DNA of 64,000 bases, taken from the NCBI GenBank assembly GCA_028534125.1, contig CM052818.1:22880001-22944000 (forward strand), in the 5' to 3' direction. Below the pieces are notes generated by a model, which was not told the origin of the DNA, made no database searches, and saw only the letters and a program-made list of their open reading frames with translations. The translations under genes and the position numbers were made by a program. Each line of letters starts with the position of its first letter. Positions within the stretch are counted from its first letter, which is position 1. Source of the stretch: Lama glama. Its lineage: Eukaryota. Shown here in pieces: positions 26,426 to 39,119 of the stretch.

Positions 26426-29400
26426 AGCTCATCTATCTTTATGATCAAAGTTAACTGGGCCCTTTTGGGTAATATAGATTGAATATTGTTTTTGTATCCT
26501 GTAAGTAAATAACAAGTCAGCGAAACACTTTGGAGTTTTTTCCCCTAAATCTCCTCCTCCCTGAACCCCACCACCCACAGACCCCTAATGGTCTAATGCT
26601 TCAGCTTTATGGCTACATGATGTTATTTCTTTCTTACATGGACCTACTTAGAAATGAAAACTTCTCCATGGTTTTCTAAATCCTAGGTCTGCAAGCCCAG
26701 GAGAGTCCATCAATGTCCAGTAGCCTCAGACCAGCAGCCAACCAATCCCTTAGCCAACTAACTGCCTGTCAGGGCACCGTGGCCTTCAAACTGCCCCCAG
26801 AACCTCCCAAGATCCTTATCAGCCTGACTCCACCCATCTTCCCTGGGGGCCATCCCCTAATAGGTGGGACAGTGTCAGAGTAGTGAGAAGTTGGCCTGAG
26901 GCCATAAGGGCAGAACACCACTGTGTGCCCACCAGGTGCTTCTAAATCGCTGGGAGCCTCCAGTGGTTGTCAACACAGGTTATGCGTGGCTTCATCAGGG
27001 GGATTTAACAGAAAGTGATTTCTTCACTACAATATTTGCAAGCAATATAAAAGTAGGCTTGGAATTTTTTGCTTTGTTTTAAATTCTGAAGCACAAAACC
27101 CTCACTGAGAGTAGCTGCTCTTGCATCATTTAGCTTAGAATCCTACCGGGGTGCTCACTCTGAAGCTTGCAGGATAAATGGCACTTTTACAACCCACCGG
27201 AAATTAAGTGCTAGTGACTGACAGCATTACAGCTCTTTTGGAAAAAGTCTGTGGCTGCTGTTCTCAGTTCTCTAATTTGATCGGCTCCTACAGTGGGCTT
27301 GGCTGGGAACAGATAGCCCCCAGTGTTCCCAGAGCTTGAAGGAAGTAGGCCTGCTGGCCTGGTTAGCATCCCTATTGTTAAGATGTCCTGGACACTGAAC
27401 GTTGACTGGACAGGCTCTCAGCTCCAAAGGCAAAGGACCTCTGTGGAGCCTCAGGGAAAGAACGACTTGGAGAGTCCATGGCACCCCATAGGGCTCCTAG
27501 GACTGACCAGGTATTTGCTGCACCCCCACCCCCCCCCACCCATTTCTGGGCTGGGGAGGCTGTCCTGTACCTGTTTGTTTGTGGATAGTCTGAAAAGCCC
27601 TCCTCTGGATGAAAGCCCTCTGGAAATGGAGCCCCGTTATCCTGTTGAAAAGCAGCAATGCTCTATTGTTTCTGAAAGAATCCTTGCAGTTAGAGCCGGC
27701 AGAGGAGAAATTATTACTGAACTAAGTTATTAGATCCGTTTCACGGAACATTTTTTAAAACCCAAGCTCATTTTCCTGAGAGAAAATGTAATGTAATCAC
27801 TCCCTCTTTTAAAGCACCTGATGCCACTGTTCTCTGCCTCTAGCAGCTAGCCAGCTGCCAAAAAAAAAAGGGGATGTCAAGATGATGTGCCATGAAGAAC
27901 GTGGCTGGGGGCGGGTACCAGGCAGGACAATGCTGACAAGCCAAAAACAATGAGAGAAGAAACAATAAAGAGAGACCCACCCAGATGATAAACACGGAGA
28001 TCAACAAACACCCCCCCCAACCCCCGCTAGGGTGAAGGAATAGAGGGGAGCTGCCGGGCAAGTCAATAGAGACTGACAGAAACTGCTGGGGGACCAGGAA
28101 GACTGGGGCACGGATCGGGGTTTGTATCTGCTGAGAGGTACCGTTCATTGCGTGTCTGCTTTGTGCCAGGGTTGGGGGAGGGGTGTATCAGAGAAAAAGA
28201 TTCATAGGATCTGGTGAAAGTCTACTGCATCCTGTCTGCCCAGTTGGCTGTGACTATTAGTAACCACAGTAACTGCTACAGTTTTAATGAGTGCTTACTA
28301 TGTTCTAGGCACCCAGTCGTCACAAAGTAGGCATTATGCCCATTTAATAGATAAAGAAACCAAGACACAGTGAAGTTAAGTGAAGAATCCTGTGGCAGGC
28401 GCAGAAACCACTCATTAAACCCTGCTGATAATCAGCATCACAGGACTTTCCATTCACTGGGCTAACAGGTCCTCGCACAACAATGGACAAAGGAAAGTGA
28501 CTTTTTTGATTTGGAAGCAGTTGTTATGAGCTTGGTAAACAATACACAGTGTTCAAATTCAGTTGTTAACTGTGTTATTCATAATCCTAAATCATTTATT
28601 TTGACCGAGTAAATGGAAATGGTTTAGAGACAGTTAATGTAACCTGTTCTTCAAATGTGCGGAGATTTTCGTTAACGCTCTCAGTGTTTCTCTTTAGTGG
28701 GTGTGAGAGAGCTGGGCACAGGAAGGAAGGTGGGGTATTCAAAAGCAAACATAGAAAGGATTCTCCATAAAAAAAGCAAACACGTCTAGAAATGATTGCT
28801 CCATAAACAAAACATGAGTGCACACAGCAATTTCATGTTCTCCTTCCACCCACTCGGTTGTTCTTAATGATTCAAGAACAGAACTGCCTGGGCAGATTTA
28901 CAGGCTTGGCGTTCCTGACATCTGTGCCGAAACAAGGCTGTGTGTGTTTGCAGAGCGATTGCTTCTGCTTGGGGCAGAAAACACAAACACCTTGATTCGA
29001 TTTTTACCTCTATTATGATTTAGATGAAAATGGATGCAGTTAGCTTGCATCCGTGGGCTGCTGGGATCTAAGAATGGGTATCAGGAAAGAGGATAGGGTA
29101 GCCTTGAAGTTTGGGGGTTGAATGAGATGTGAAGATTGCACAATTATACACCGACAATCACATCTTCTTCCGGCTCTCCCTGCTGTTAAAAAGCCTGACT
29201 TCAGCTGGAAACCTTTGGGTTGTTTGCATTGGTGCTTTAGCAAATTCCTTTACTGAGTTGGAGGGCAGGGGTGTGGCTGGGAGTTCCAGGCCCTAGAGCT
29301 CTTAACTGGGGCATTCTGACTTTCTCAGCTGGGGTTGGGGAATGTCATACTTTCTTTAGCTCCCTTTCTTTTAAGGGGAAGATTTGCTTTCCCCTTAAAC

Positions 29401-32400
29401 ACTTTCCTGAGATTTGTAACTTTCTTCCACTTTCCCCACCATGGCCTTGCTTCCCAGACTATCATGGTGATAGTCAGAGGCAACTATTTCTTGGAAGAAG
29501 ACCCAGGCTGACCTCCCCAGCCCTCATCCCCAAATCATCTTGGAATTCTGGAATCACCTGGTGAGCTGCGCCCAGGTAGTCATGAACACAAGCTGGTAAC
29601 TTTGCTCCCTCCTAATGCATTGATAATCTTGTGATTTAGAACCTTCATTTCACCTCCAAGACTCAGAGTGGGGAAGTAACTTTCCCCAGGTAACTGAGCT
29701 TGTCGGTAGGAAGAGCTGGGATTCAAACCCAGTCTGGTCTTGGGTTACGGCCTATGTACCTGTCACCCTTCCCCGATGGGAAGTCAGGGCTATGACTTTG
29801 GGTTTCTGTGTAGCAGAGAAACTAAAGAAATGCCAAATCATCACTATTTAAGAATCTGAGGTGGAAGGGGAGCTAAGTAAAATTATGGATTGGCATTTGA
29901 AAATGATGTGATATTTTATTCTAATGCTGATGCTGAAAGGTTGGCTATATTTTAGTGTAACACCTGGCTCCGTTCTTTGGCCTTCAAGCCAAAGACAGAT
30001 TCCTTGTCCTTGGGGGCTGTTTTCATCCTGGGTTCCACCTGACAGCTCTAGTCTGGTTGTCCCACGGCCTTAACTAATATTTGGGGGACTACTTGGGGAA
30101 AGGAGAAAAGAAGAGAGAAGAGCAAAAGGGAGAAAGCAGTAGGAGCTGAGGAAGTGGAAAGATTTTTAGGTTACAATTTTTATTTTAACAGGTAACTTTA
30201 TGCACGTGCGATCCAGTAGACTTAAAATTCTAATGCTTTCTATCATGCAAAATTGATTTTTTGGCTTGTATCCATGACTACAGAACCAGTTTTATTATTT
30301 TTACTCAATATTATTTCCCATATGTTTTTTCATATATTTACACATTTTCTTTAAATTTTTGGGGCACGTATTACCTAATTTAATCCTTGCATACACCCTG
30401 TAATTTGCAATTTATGTTCTGTGGCCAAGAGTGGTTAAAAAACTAGCCTAAGTTCTCAAATCTAGTGCAGGTCTGGGATCTGGACATGGTGACTTCAATG
30501 GCTTTGGAATACCCCGGGTTTAGATATTGGATAGAGTCAGATTTTTCTGAAGACAAAAAGTTCTGTTACCTCAAAAGAAAATAGTCCATTAACATTCACC
30601 TTCTTGAGACCCAGATGTATGGTTCTTCATCTCCTTTTCCACTTGATCCTCAATTTTCATGTAATCAGGACGCTCATGTTAATAACTACCCAGTCTGGTT
30701 GCTTGTTTCTCACAGCAGTGTGTGGAGATGTCTTTCTTCCCATCTTCTGTCTCTTCCCCTCTCCCGCCCTCCCTCCCTTCCTTGCCTCCTTTTTTTCCAG
30801 CAGCCCCGTGAAGAACCACTATAGTGCTAGTGTTAACTCTCATTTGTTTACTCATTCATTCATTTATTCCCCCCAAAAGCCCTGTGGAGAAGGACCACTA
30901 TAATATTAACTCTAATGATCAGAATGGCCTCAAGTGGCCCTTCCTATGGCTTAGTCCTTGGAGACTGTCACTCAATAGGCTTGTCACATCTATGCAAGGG
31001 ATAATTAAAGAATATTCTAAATGAATTGGTAGTTTGGAGTAGAAGTGCATGGAAACATCTTAAAATTCTAATTTTTATGCCTTTGAGGGATTTTGTCTTA
31101 TTTGTCAGTGTGTGAATGGACTTACAAGAGTCATACGTGCTCATTGTAAAATATTCCAACACTGCAGAGATACGTGATGCAGAAAGTGAGACTCTTCAGT
31201 AATCAGGAAGCACCCTATGACCCCAAACTGGAGAGGGCCCTGATAATCCTGTCATTCTATGTACAGGACAATATTACATATACTGTATTTTTTATAGATG
31301 ATGTTCATGTAAAATTGCGTGAATCTTGTTCTGAATCTCAACTTCTTCTATGCATAATTAAGTGTATTTAAGATGATTTAAAATAAATTATGAGTCATAC
31401 CTCAGTCTTTCTTAACCAGTGAAATGAAATGTGATGTGTCAAAATTGAGTTAAATCCATAATCTTTGTGGATGTGCTTTTGACTTGCACATAATGAAAAG
31501 CAGGCAGGCAAAAGTGAGGCAGCTTCACACACCATATTGACATTCAACAGTGAGAAGGTCAGAGCAGGGAGGTGATGTCAATATGTTCATCCCGTACTGC
31601 AATAAAGCTGTCCCGGCAACTGCAGTCCCAGCTGCCATTTCCCTCCTTTGGGTGAGAAATGCACCATTCAGACCCCCAACTCCTTTGCTGTGAGAATACC
31701 ATGCTCTAACAAAGGTTGAATTGTTTTTCAATACTATCGATATAATCTGGATTTCAGGTTTCAAAGAGAAACCTAAAATTTCCACACCAGATAGGGCTTT
31801 ATTTGACAAAAAGACTAAGAGATGACAGCTGAGACTTCTAATTCTGCCACATGAAAATTACAGAATAATTGCATGGATGGCGGCATCTTTCTGAGAATCA
31901 TAAAGTGCATGTAGCTCTCCATTTTGTTTTCCAGTGTTTTACTGGGGATGCTTACCTTGGGGTATCGCTAGCAGTTTTAAATGCTGGAAAAATGTTTTCC
32001 CTCTACCTTCATCTTTTTTTTTTTTTTTTTTTTTTTGCTAAAGAGAGGGCAGACACAAGCCACAATAAAAAAAGGTAACACTGAACCATAACATGACACT
32101 ATTATAGTTGGTTTTCCACCAGGGAAACTACCTTAGGATGGGCAAAATCTCCATGCACAAATGTGTTTCCCCAGGTTAGAGGGGTTCTTCAGTTTGTAGA
32201 TTTGGCAGCAAAGAAACAGTAATGTGGGGGAAAGCAGGGCCTTATGGAAGCCTGTATCCAGGAGATGCCCTCTCCGTGCTAAATCAGCCTGAAACAGATG
32301 TTCATCACTCATATTTCTGCTCCCAACTGGCGACACCAAAATCAGGTGATATATGAACTCTTCTGAAGCCGTGGAAGAGTGAAAGTAATCAGAAAGAGGG

Positions 32401-33480
32401 CCCCACAGTGACCTCAACTACTACAGGGCTGGCACACTTTAACTCTGCCAGATCCATGAAGCGTCAAATTTTTGAAAGTCAATTCTGAGAAAATTGGAGA
32501 ATAAAAAAAATTAAGAGCTGTTTCACAAGGAGGCATTCCTATCCACATTCAGTACAACTGATTTCAAATTTATATTGGTCTTCCATCCATTCCTGAGTGC
32601 TTTCAGAGAAAGACCTGCCAGAGGCCATTAGTGCACAGCCCTCACAAATGGAGAGCAGCCTGACTCACCGGGAGCCAGAAGGGCATCTGCATGCAAATCA
32701 CTTGGCGACCAACAAGCTTCTCTGCACTGAGAATTGTGGTCACTTCCTCTCAGAATAGGATCTAGGGAACCACCTGAGGGGATCACAATATAAAGAAAGA
32801 TCTTGGTTTGGTGTTGGGTGGGATTATGCAAATAAGAATGAGAATAGGGTGCTTTAGTGCTGTCAGAGTGTGCTGCGTTTTATTTGGGAAATGAGACAAA
32901 ATCTTCCTATGATCAGCCACTCCATGTGACATTCCAGCCCACACTCTGCTACTGACATTTTATCTCCCACTGAACAGCCCGGCTGTTGTAACATTTTCAG
33001 GATTCTTAATTTATGTCTTGCAGGATCTAAAATCAGATGGCAGGAACTTTAAGAAAATAACCAGTGTTGACAGGCACCTTTATTCTTCAAGAAGCTGGTA
33101 CACCTTAGTGCTGTTAAAAGTTGGGGAAGGTTCTCTACTTTTTTTTCCCCTAAAATATGTCTAGAAGACAGTGGGATGGAGATAGGGAGCTGTCCTAAAT
33201 CATTTAATTTTGCTTTGCAATCTAAACGCTATGAAAAACCTTTCCTTCCACCCAGTATTTGCTTGCAAGCTCATTCTCCTTTCTTGGTATGAGTGATTCT
33301 AGCATTTAGTTAATTAATTAAGTTAATTAATTTCAATTAGAGGAATCAAAAGTTCCTTGAAATTTTTATATATAGCCAAGAACCATGGAAAAGTAAAATG
33401 ACTCAAAGGTAAGATCAGCTTACATTTGTGCAACTTTGTAACCTGAACTGTTGATTCTCAGTGCACTAGTGAGGGAAGAT

Positions 33481-33503
33481 ATGATGATGATGATGATGAT
33501 GAT
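33481..33503. repeat. (ATG)n/(GAT)n microsatellite
   Basis: atgatgatgatgatgatgatgat. Confidence 0.9.
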
Positions 33504-33829
33504 TTCTAGTTGACTTCAGAAGAGGCAAGCCAGGCTCAGCAAATGTAAATGACCAGTTGTAAGTCACTCAACCTGGAAGAAATTGCAACTCAAACCCCAG
33601 TCACATGTTCTTTTATATCACAATGCAGCTTTGTAAAAGCAGCGACTTTGGACTGGTTGATCACATGAATATACACTAAAAACTCTGCTCTTCAGGCTTG
33701 GCAGTGCTGAACACTTGGGGCCCTTGGGCTTAACACCTGTCAAAGCTGGGATGGTGGTGTACACCTAGCTCTGGAGTTCTCAGCCTTCATCCGCCTTTCT
33801 CAGAGTGGGTTTATTTCTACTTCTCTATA

Positions 33830-34030
33830 CTGTAGTGCTTAAGAGTATGGACTCTTGAGTCAGGTGGCTGTCTCTGCCACTAATAGCTGACCTGGGCAAG
33901 TTACTTAACTTTTCTGGGCCTCATTTTCCTGTATAGTAAGATGGAGAGATGATAACAGTATCTATCTCATAGGATTGTTGTAAAGATTAAGTAAGTTATT
34001 TATGGAAAGTGCTATATACAGGTTAGTATC
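33830..34030 (+). mobile_element. MIR SINE
   Basis: gctgacctgggcaagttacttaacttttctgggcctcattttcct...ctatctcataggattgttgtaaagattaa. Confidence 0.8.
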
Positions 34031-35212
34031 ACCTGTCAGTTTGCCACATGCCTTCATAAATGCACTATAAATTCATCTATGATATGCCTGTGAAAACTTC
34101 TGGTTGGATGATAGAGCCAAGAAAAGCTTTGCTCCATTCCCAGAGGTAGGAAACTAGTATACTCTTTTTATAAAGTAACTTGCACATAGTGGAAGCTCTA
34201 AAAACATCTTTAAATTGAACTGCAGTGGTTGCTACTAGAACTGAAAGTGGTAGTCCTGGATCTTTCAGGCTCAAGGTCCAGATTTTTCGAGTATTTATAG
34301 TCTACCTCCCCTCCATTTCCATCTCATTTATCTCGGACAGAGGACAGGAAAAGGCTGAGTAATTTATTCCCATAAAACTGAGGTAATAGTAAAAACCAGT
34401 TCTGAGAACTGTTCAAAATTTACGTCCCAGTGCCTTAAGTTTATAGGTCACGATGTATTTCCTTTACACAAAGCCCAGGAGGCTATCTTTATATATTATT
34501 GGGGCGGGACCCGTAACAGCCCTTAGTACTAAATAGCTCGCGGCAGGTGTTTCCAAATGGTTTAATTTGCTCCCCCCATTCCTAGATTGCCGGAGAAGCC
34601 CAGCAGATAGGTCCATACTTCTGGGCCGACTGAGTGAGAGAGGGATGCTTAACGAAGTGACTTAGGGGAGGAAAGAAATGAGATAACAGCAAGTTAAGTT
34701 TGGTGAAGGTAGAGAAGCCTTCAAACCAACTACCAGGTGGCAGCCCCGCAGCTCCGACTTTCGCGGTGGGAAGGAGATTATTCACCCCCGCCCCGCCCAG
34801 GACCCCTCCCCTCCCACCAAGGCCCCGCCCCCAGCCCGCCCTCTCGACCTCGGCAGGTCCCTCAGCCCCAGCCTGGTCCGCAGAGGGCTTGCGCAATTCT
34901 TATGGCGTCTTGGCACTGCCCGAATCTAAACATAGAGGGAAAGAGAGCGACCCTTGTATTTTCTACACAGCGTGGTGCTAAGGCTTTCCGATCTCTTCTA
35001 GAGCTGGTTTTGCCTTTTTTGGCCTTGAGAACTCGGCTTCTCTTTCCCGTATGTGGCGTAAGAGGACATGTTTTAAATTAGGCGGTAACCGGGCAGCCCG
35101 TCTCCTGGCGCGGGGTCCTTGGGCTGAGTCTGGGTCTGCAGCCAGGAAGGTGGGGTCCTTCTCTGGAGCAGTCGCGCAGGCAGCGGCTGCGGGAAGTCGG
35201 ACACCCGCCGAC

Positions 35213-35284
35213 ATGTATTACAAGTTTAGTGGCTTCACGCAGAAATTAGCGGGAGCATGGGCTTCCGACGCTTATAACCCTCAG
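35213..35284 (+). CDS. COX7A2L: COX7A2L (SCAF1/COX7RP) coding exon 1, MYYKFSGFTQKLAGAWASDAYNPQ
   Basis: ATG at 35213 in gccgacATG; 24 codons matching the COX7A2L N-terminus; donor CAG|gtacgt at 35284/35285. Confidence 0.97.
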
Positions 35285-35514
35285 GTACGTGTAGCGTCGC
35301 GCTGTTTCGGACGAAAGTGGCGGCCTGAGTCTCTGCGCCAGGCAGTCTCGGTGCCGGAGCCAGGCGAGGCTTCTGCTCGCTGTTCGATTTAGTTCGCCCC
35401 GCACTTCCCAGCGCCTCTCTGCACCCACTTCCTGCGGCCCTGGAGGCTTCTAATTCTGTAGCTGTTCCCCCGGCGAAGCTGGCCGGGTATGGAAGTTGGG
35501 CCTGGTACTCAGTA

Positions 35515-35529
35515 GGGTCAAGGTGACCC
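35515..35529. promoter_or_regulatory. Perfect palindromic estrogen response element GGGTCAaggTGACCC in COX7A2L intron 1
   Basis: Exact GGTCAnnnTGACC at 35516-35528; COX7RP is known as an estrogen-responsive gene with an intron-1 ERE. Confidence 0.85.
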
Positions 35530-37769
35530 CCAAAGTCGTTCCTTGTGGGTCGTGGGGTGGCCTGTGGGGTCGGCGGCGCCCAGAATGTGACCTGACCGAG
35601 TCCGAAGTTTGGCCCTGTTCTTTTTAAGGAGTCCAGCTTTCGGTCTCCTCAGTGCCCCATTGTCACCCTCCTGCCACTGCCCCAAAGACAGCTTCATCCA
35701 AGCCCGAGGTTTGAGAGCTGGGATGACGACGCTGACGGAAGCAATATGGTCAGGAGGGGCTGTATGATCAGAATTCGGAGACTTAATGAGTTACTTCAAA
35801 TATTTGGGTGAGCCTGGGCAGTTATAGGCAGAGAGCAGACATTTTCCCAACTGTAAAATGGTCGACAACTGCTTTTTGAGTGGTCTAAAAAGCATTGCGA
35901 TTTCACTCAGGTTTTGCCAATTGGAGTATTAGTCTACGGCTTGTCCTATAGAGATGAAGGACTTTAGAGTCCCAGGCTCGCTCAATTTGGATTCAGATGC
36001 TGGTTTATAAGCTTTAATTTTATGACCTTGACCAAGTTCCTTAATTTATTGTGAGATCAGTTTTTTCAGGGCAGCTGTAGTATATATTAAATGAGGTGTC
36101 AGGTGACTCAGTCTTTGGCAGGTGGCGGGTACTGGATAAATGGTAGCTATTCTCTAGAAGTTAAGTGTGAGATACCATCCTGTTCATTCGTCATCCTCAT
36201 AGAGTAGTGTGGGAAGGGTTGATCAGCTGTGCAGTTGAAAAACTGGACTGGAACGGTAAGGGCCACAGGTGGGGTGTAAAGAACGCTCCATTGTTGTTAC
36301 CCCCTCTTTCTGTGAAACGCTGCAACTTGCTCAAGGGGGAGGATGTTTAAGAAAGATTTCAGTCTAAGATTAGATGTGCTATTAACTAGTATAGAGAGGG
36401 CAAGAAAGGCAAATTTTGGGGGGGGGATGTGGGTTTGCGGAGGAAAGGTCTAGGTTTATAAATAATAAGCTTGTGATAATATACCATGTCTGGTTGCAGC
36501 TGGATTTATGGATATGAAGTTTAATAGATCTGGATGTCTTTAGCGTATAGGTGGTAGTAGAAACTGTGGTGGGGCAGATCATCCAAGGAGCATATAGAGA
36601 AGAAAAGTGGGATTATGATTAGATTTCAGAAACATGAAGGGAGAGTGGAGGAGGAAAATTTATCAAAAAAACAATCCAGGATTAGAAGGGAAAACAGCAT
36701 GGTGCACTGAAACTAAATTGGTGGCGAGGTCTAAAAAAGGAATTGACAATAGTGATTTATTTTACAGATTATAAGAAATAGCCATTTCTATCATAGTTGC
36801 TTCTACTATGAAGAAAGTGTATTTTTTCAGCGCATGGATCTTAAATGTTACAGTTTCATGAGTTTTGACAAACACATACACTGTGTAACCCTTACTCTTA
36901 ACATATAGAACATTACATCACCCCAGGACGTTCCTTCTTACTCTTGTCCTGTCAATCTGTGTCCTTCCTATTCTGACTTTTATCAGTATAAATAGTTTTG
37001 CTTATTTTCAATTTCATGTAAATAGAACCACACAGTACTCTTTTGTGTAAGGCTTCTAGTTCTCAGTATCTTTGAGGTTCATTCATGTTACGTGTATTAG
37101 TAGTTGCTTCCTTTTATTGCAGTATGGGATTTCATTGTATGAATATATCATAGTTGATCTATTCTGTTGGTGGTTGTAGGAGTTTTTTAATAGAGTTTTA
37201 GCATAATTAGGTTTTGTTACCTAGTAAGGAAAAAGTGAAGTTTTAGACTAAAACTGACACATCTTGAAATTAAGTTGGCACTTAGAGCAGAGATTATCCC
37301 AAGATGCATTTGATACAGATAGGAATTTCAAATTTCCAGCATCTCTTGAATTGTGTTTCTCTTGAGAATTTGAACTTCTTAGTTACTTAAGGATTTCTTA
37401 AGTTGTGTTGGAAAAAGTGATATTGTGTTGGCTTTATATGAATTGTAGATTTCAGATTGATTGTGACAGGTATCCCCAAACCAACTGTTCTGACTTTGGT
37501 AATTAGAAGTACTTCAGTTTTTCCTTTCTTGGAAACATTAGCACACTGTAAAATGTAGATGTTTGTAGTTTTCAGTATTATGTAAAGTGAATAACATACA
37601 TTGAATAACCTACTATGGAAAAGCTAGTTCTCTAACAATAGTACAGGTAGAGATTTATAAATTAACCTGATGACAGGTAGTTGTGGGGAGGGTATTTTCC
37701 AGTGGTTGAGTGAAAAAAGCATTTTGCTTACCTTTTTGTGTCATGTGTCAAAAATAAGTTGAGGCCAAT

Positions 37770-38000
37770 AAACCCATGTTTGACATCATTAATCATTAGG
37801 GAAATACAAATCAAAACCACGAAGAGATACCTCTTCACACCTGCTAAAATAAAACAGGTGTTGGTAAGAATGTGGAGAAAGTGGAACCCTACTACATTGT
37901 GGTGGGAATGTAAAATGGTACAGCCGCTTTGGAAAACAGTTTGGCATTTTCTTAAAAAGTGAAACATACTTTAACATATGATTCAGCAATTGTTTTCCTA
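37770..38000 (+). mobile_element. L1 ORF2 3' fragment in COX7A2L intron 1
   Basis: ORF 37738..37962 (SLIIREIQIKTT.RY..WWECKMVQPLWKTVW) is the L1 ORF2p C-terminus. Confidence 0.8.
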
Positions 38001-39119
38001 GTTAAGAAGGCAGAATATTCTAGGTAGAGGGAACTGTGAGAATAAAGGAGGAGGGGGAGCTGCAGGGAATCATTGAGTAGGTAAGTCTGGCTGTGGTGGA
38101 TGGAGGTAGATCATGAAAGGCCCAGGACTGTAGGACTTAATTTTATGAGAAATGAATGGGAATTTACAAAGCAATTTGATACAGAAAGTTGAGGTGGAGT
38201 CTTGTCCAGAGGTTGAAACAAGGACATGCTTCTTCCCTTTAGTTTTATGAAAGATTTATGATAGAGGATTATGTATCATGACCAGAGCTATGCTTTGAAA
38301 AGATAATCTGACTGGGGAAGACCAGTGCCAGGCAAGCTGGTTATACCCATAAAAGCATAAAAGTGTTCAAGATCTTCTCAGTAGAAATGAAGAAAGAGTC
38401 TGACGTCTCAGAGAAGAGTACTTAGTTACTGATGACGGAGATTTTGGGAATGGGAGGACTCCAAGATGACTGGGTAATGGGAGGATGGTGGTGCTTTCAG
38501 CAGAAACAGGGAGCTCCTGAGTAGGCTTGTGAGAAACTGCGTGACTTTTGAATGCACTGTGAGGTGTCAAGGAAACATGGAGGTGGTGATACATAGCTGG
38601 CAGTTAGAAATGAAAGACTTGATCACTGAGGATTGAAACTTGTTTGCAGTCCTAAATCATAGAGTTTGTAGGCTTAAAAACTAAAAAAAAAATTTTTTGA
38701 TAATTCTCTTATTTCTGCACCCTCCCTTCTCCTCAGACATAAAAGATAGATGAAGAGGAAAATTTTGGACCAGTCAGTTTTGAGGTGAAAAAAATGATGT
38801 TTACTTTTCTCCAGATTTTTGAAAATTTGAAACAACTAAAATAGATGAGAAGGAATTCAATTACTAAACATGGTTACTGTTGAATGGCTCTTAATCAATT
38901 GTACAGGTAATGATTGTGTAAACAGCTAAGAGATTTGATACTAAAAAGCAAAACCTGTGATTTCTACTTGGTCTACAGACCACTTATTTTAAGAACAGCT
39001 TTCAGTTGTTTTCTCATTTCTGCAAGACATGTGGGAGGCTCTGCTGTCAGGTGCTGATTTTCATGACTTTGGTTCTGAAAATTCAAGTCTACACTGTGGT
39101 GAAGCTGTAGACTTCTTAG

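Larger units (their letters stand above)
34500..35620 (+). promoter_or_regulatory. CpG-island promoter of COX7A2L
   Basis: Locally high GC and CpG; GC boxes (GGGGCGGG 34501; CCCCGCCC runs 34785-34840); ETS-like CGGGAAGT at about 35190; surrounds exon 1. Confidence 0.85.

Noticed and set aside
35285..35392. Continuation of ORF 35051..35392 past exon 1
   Set aside because: Read-through into intron 1 beyond a good GT donor; no recognisable homology
36785..36816. Short inverted repeat tttctatcatagt...actatgaagaaa
   Set aside because: Short and AT-rich at a repeat junction; too weak to call a structured RNA
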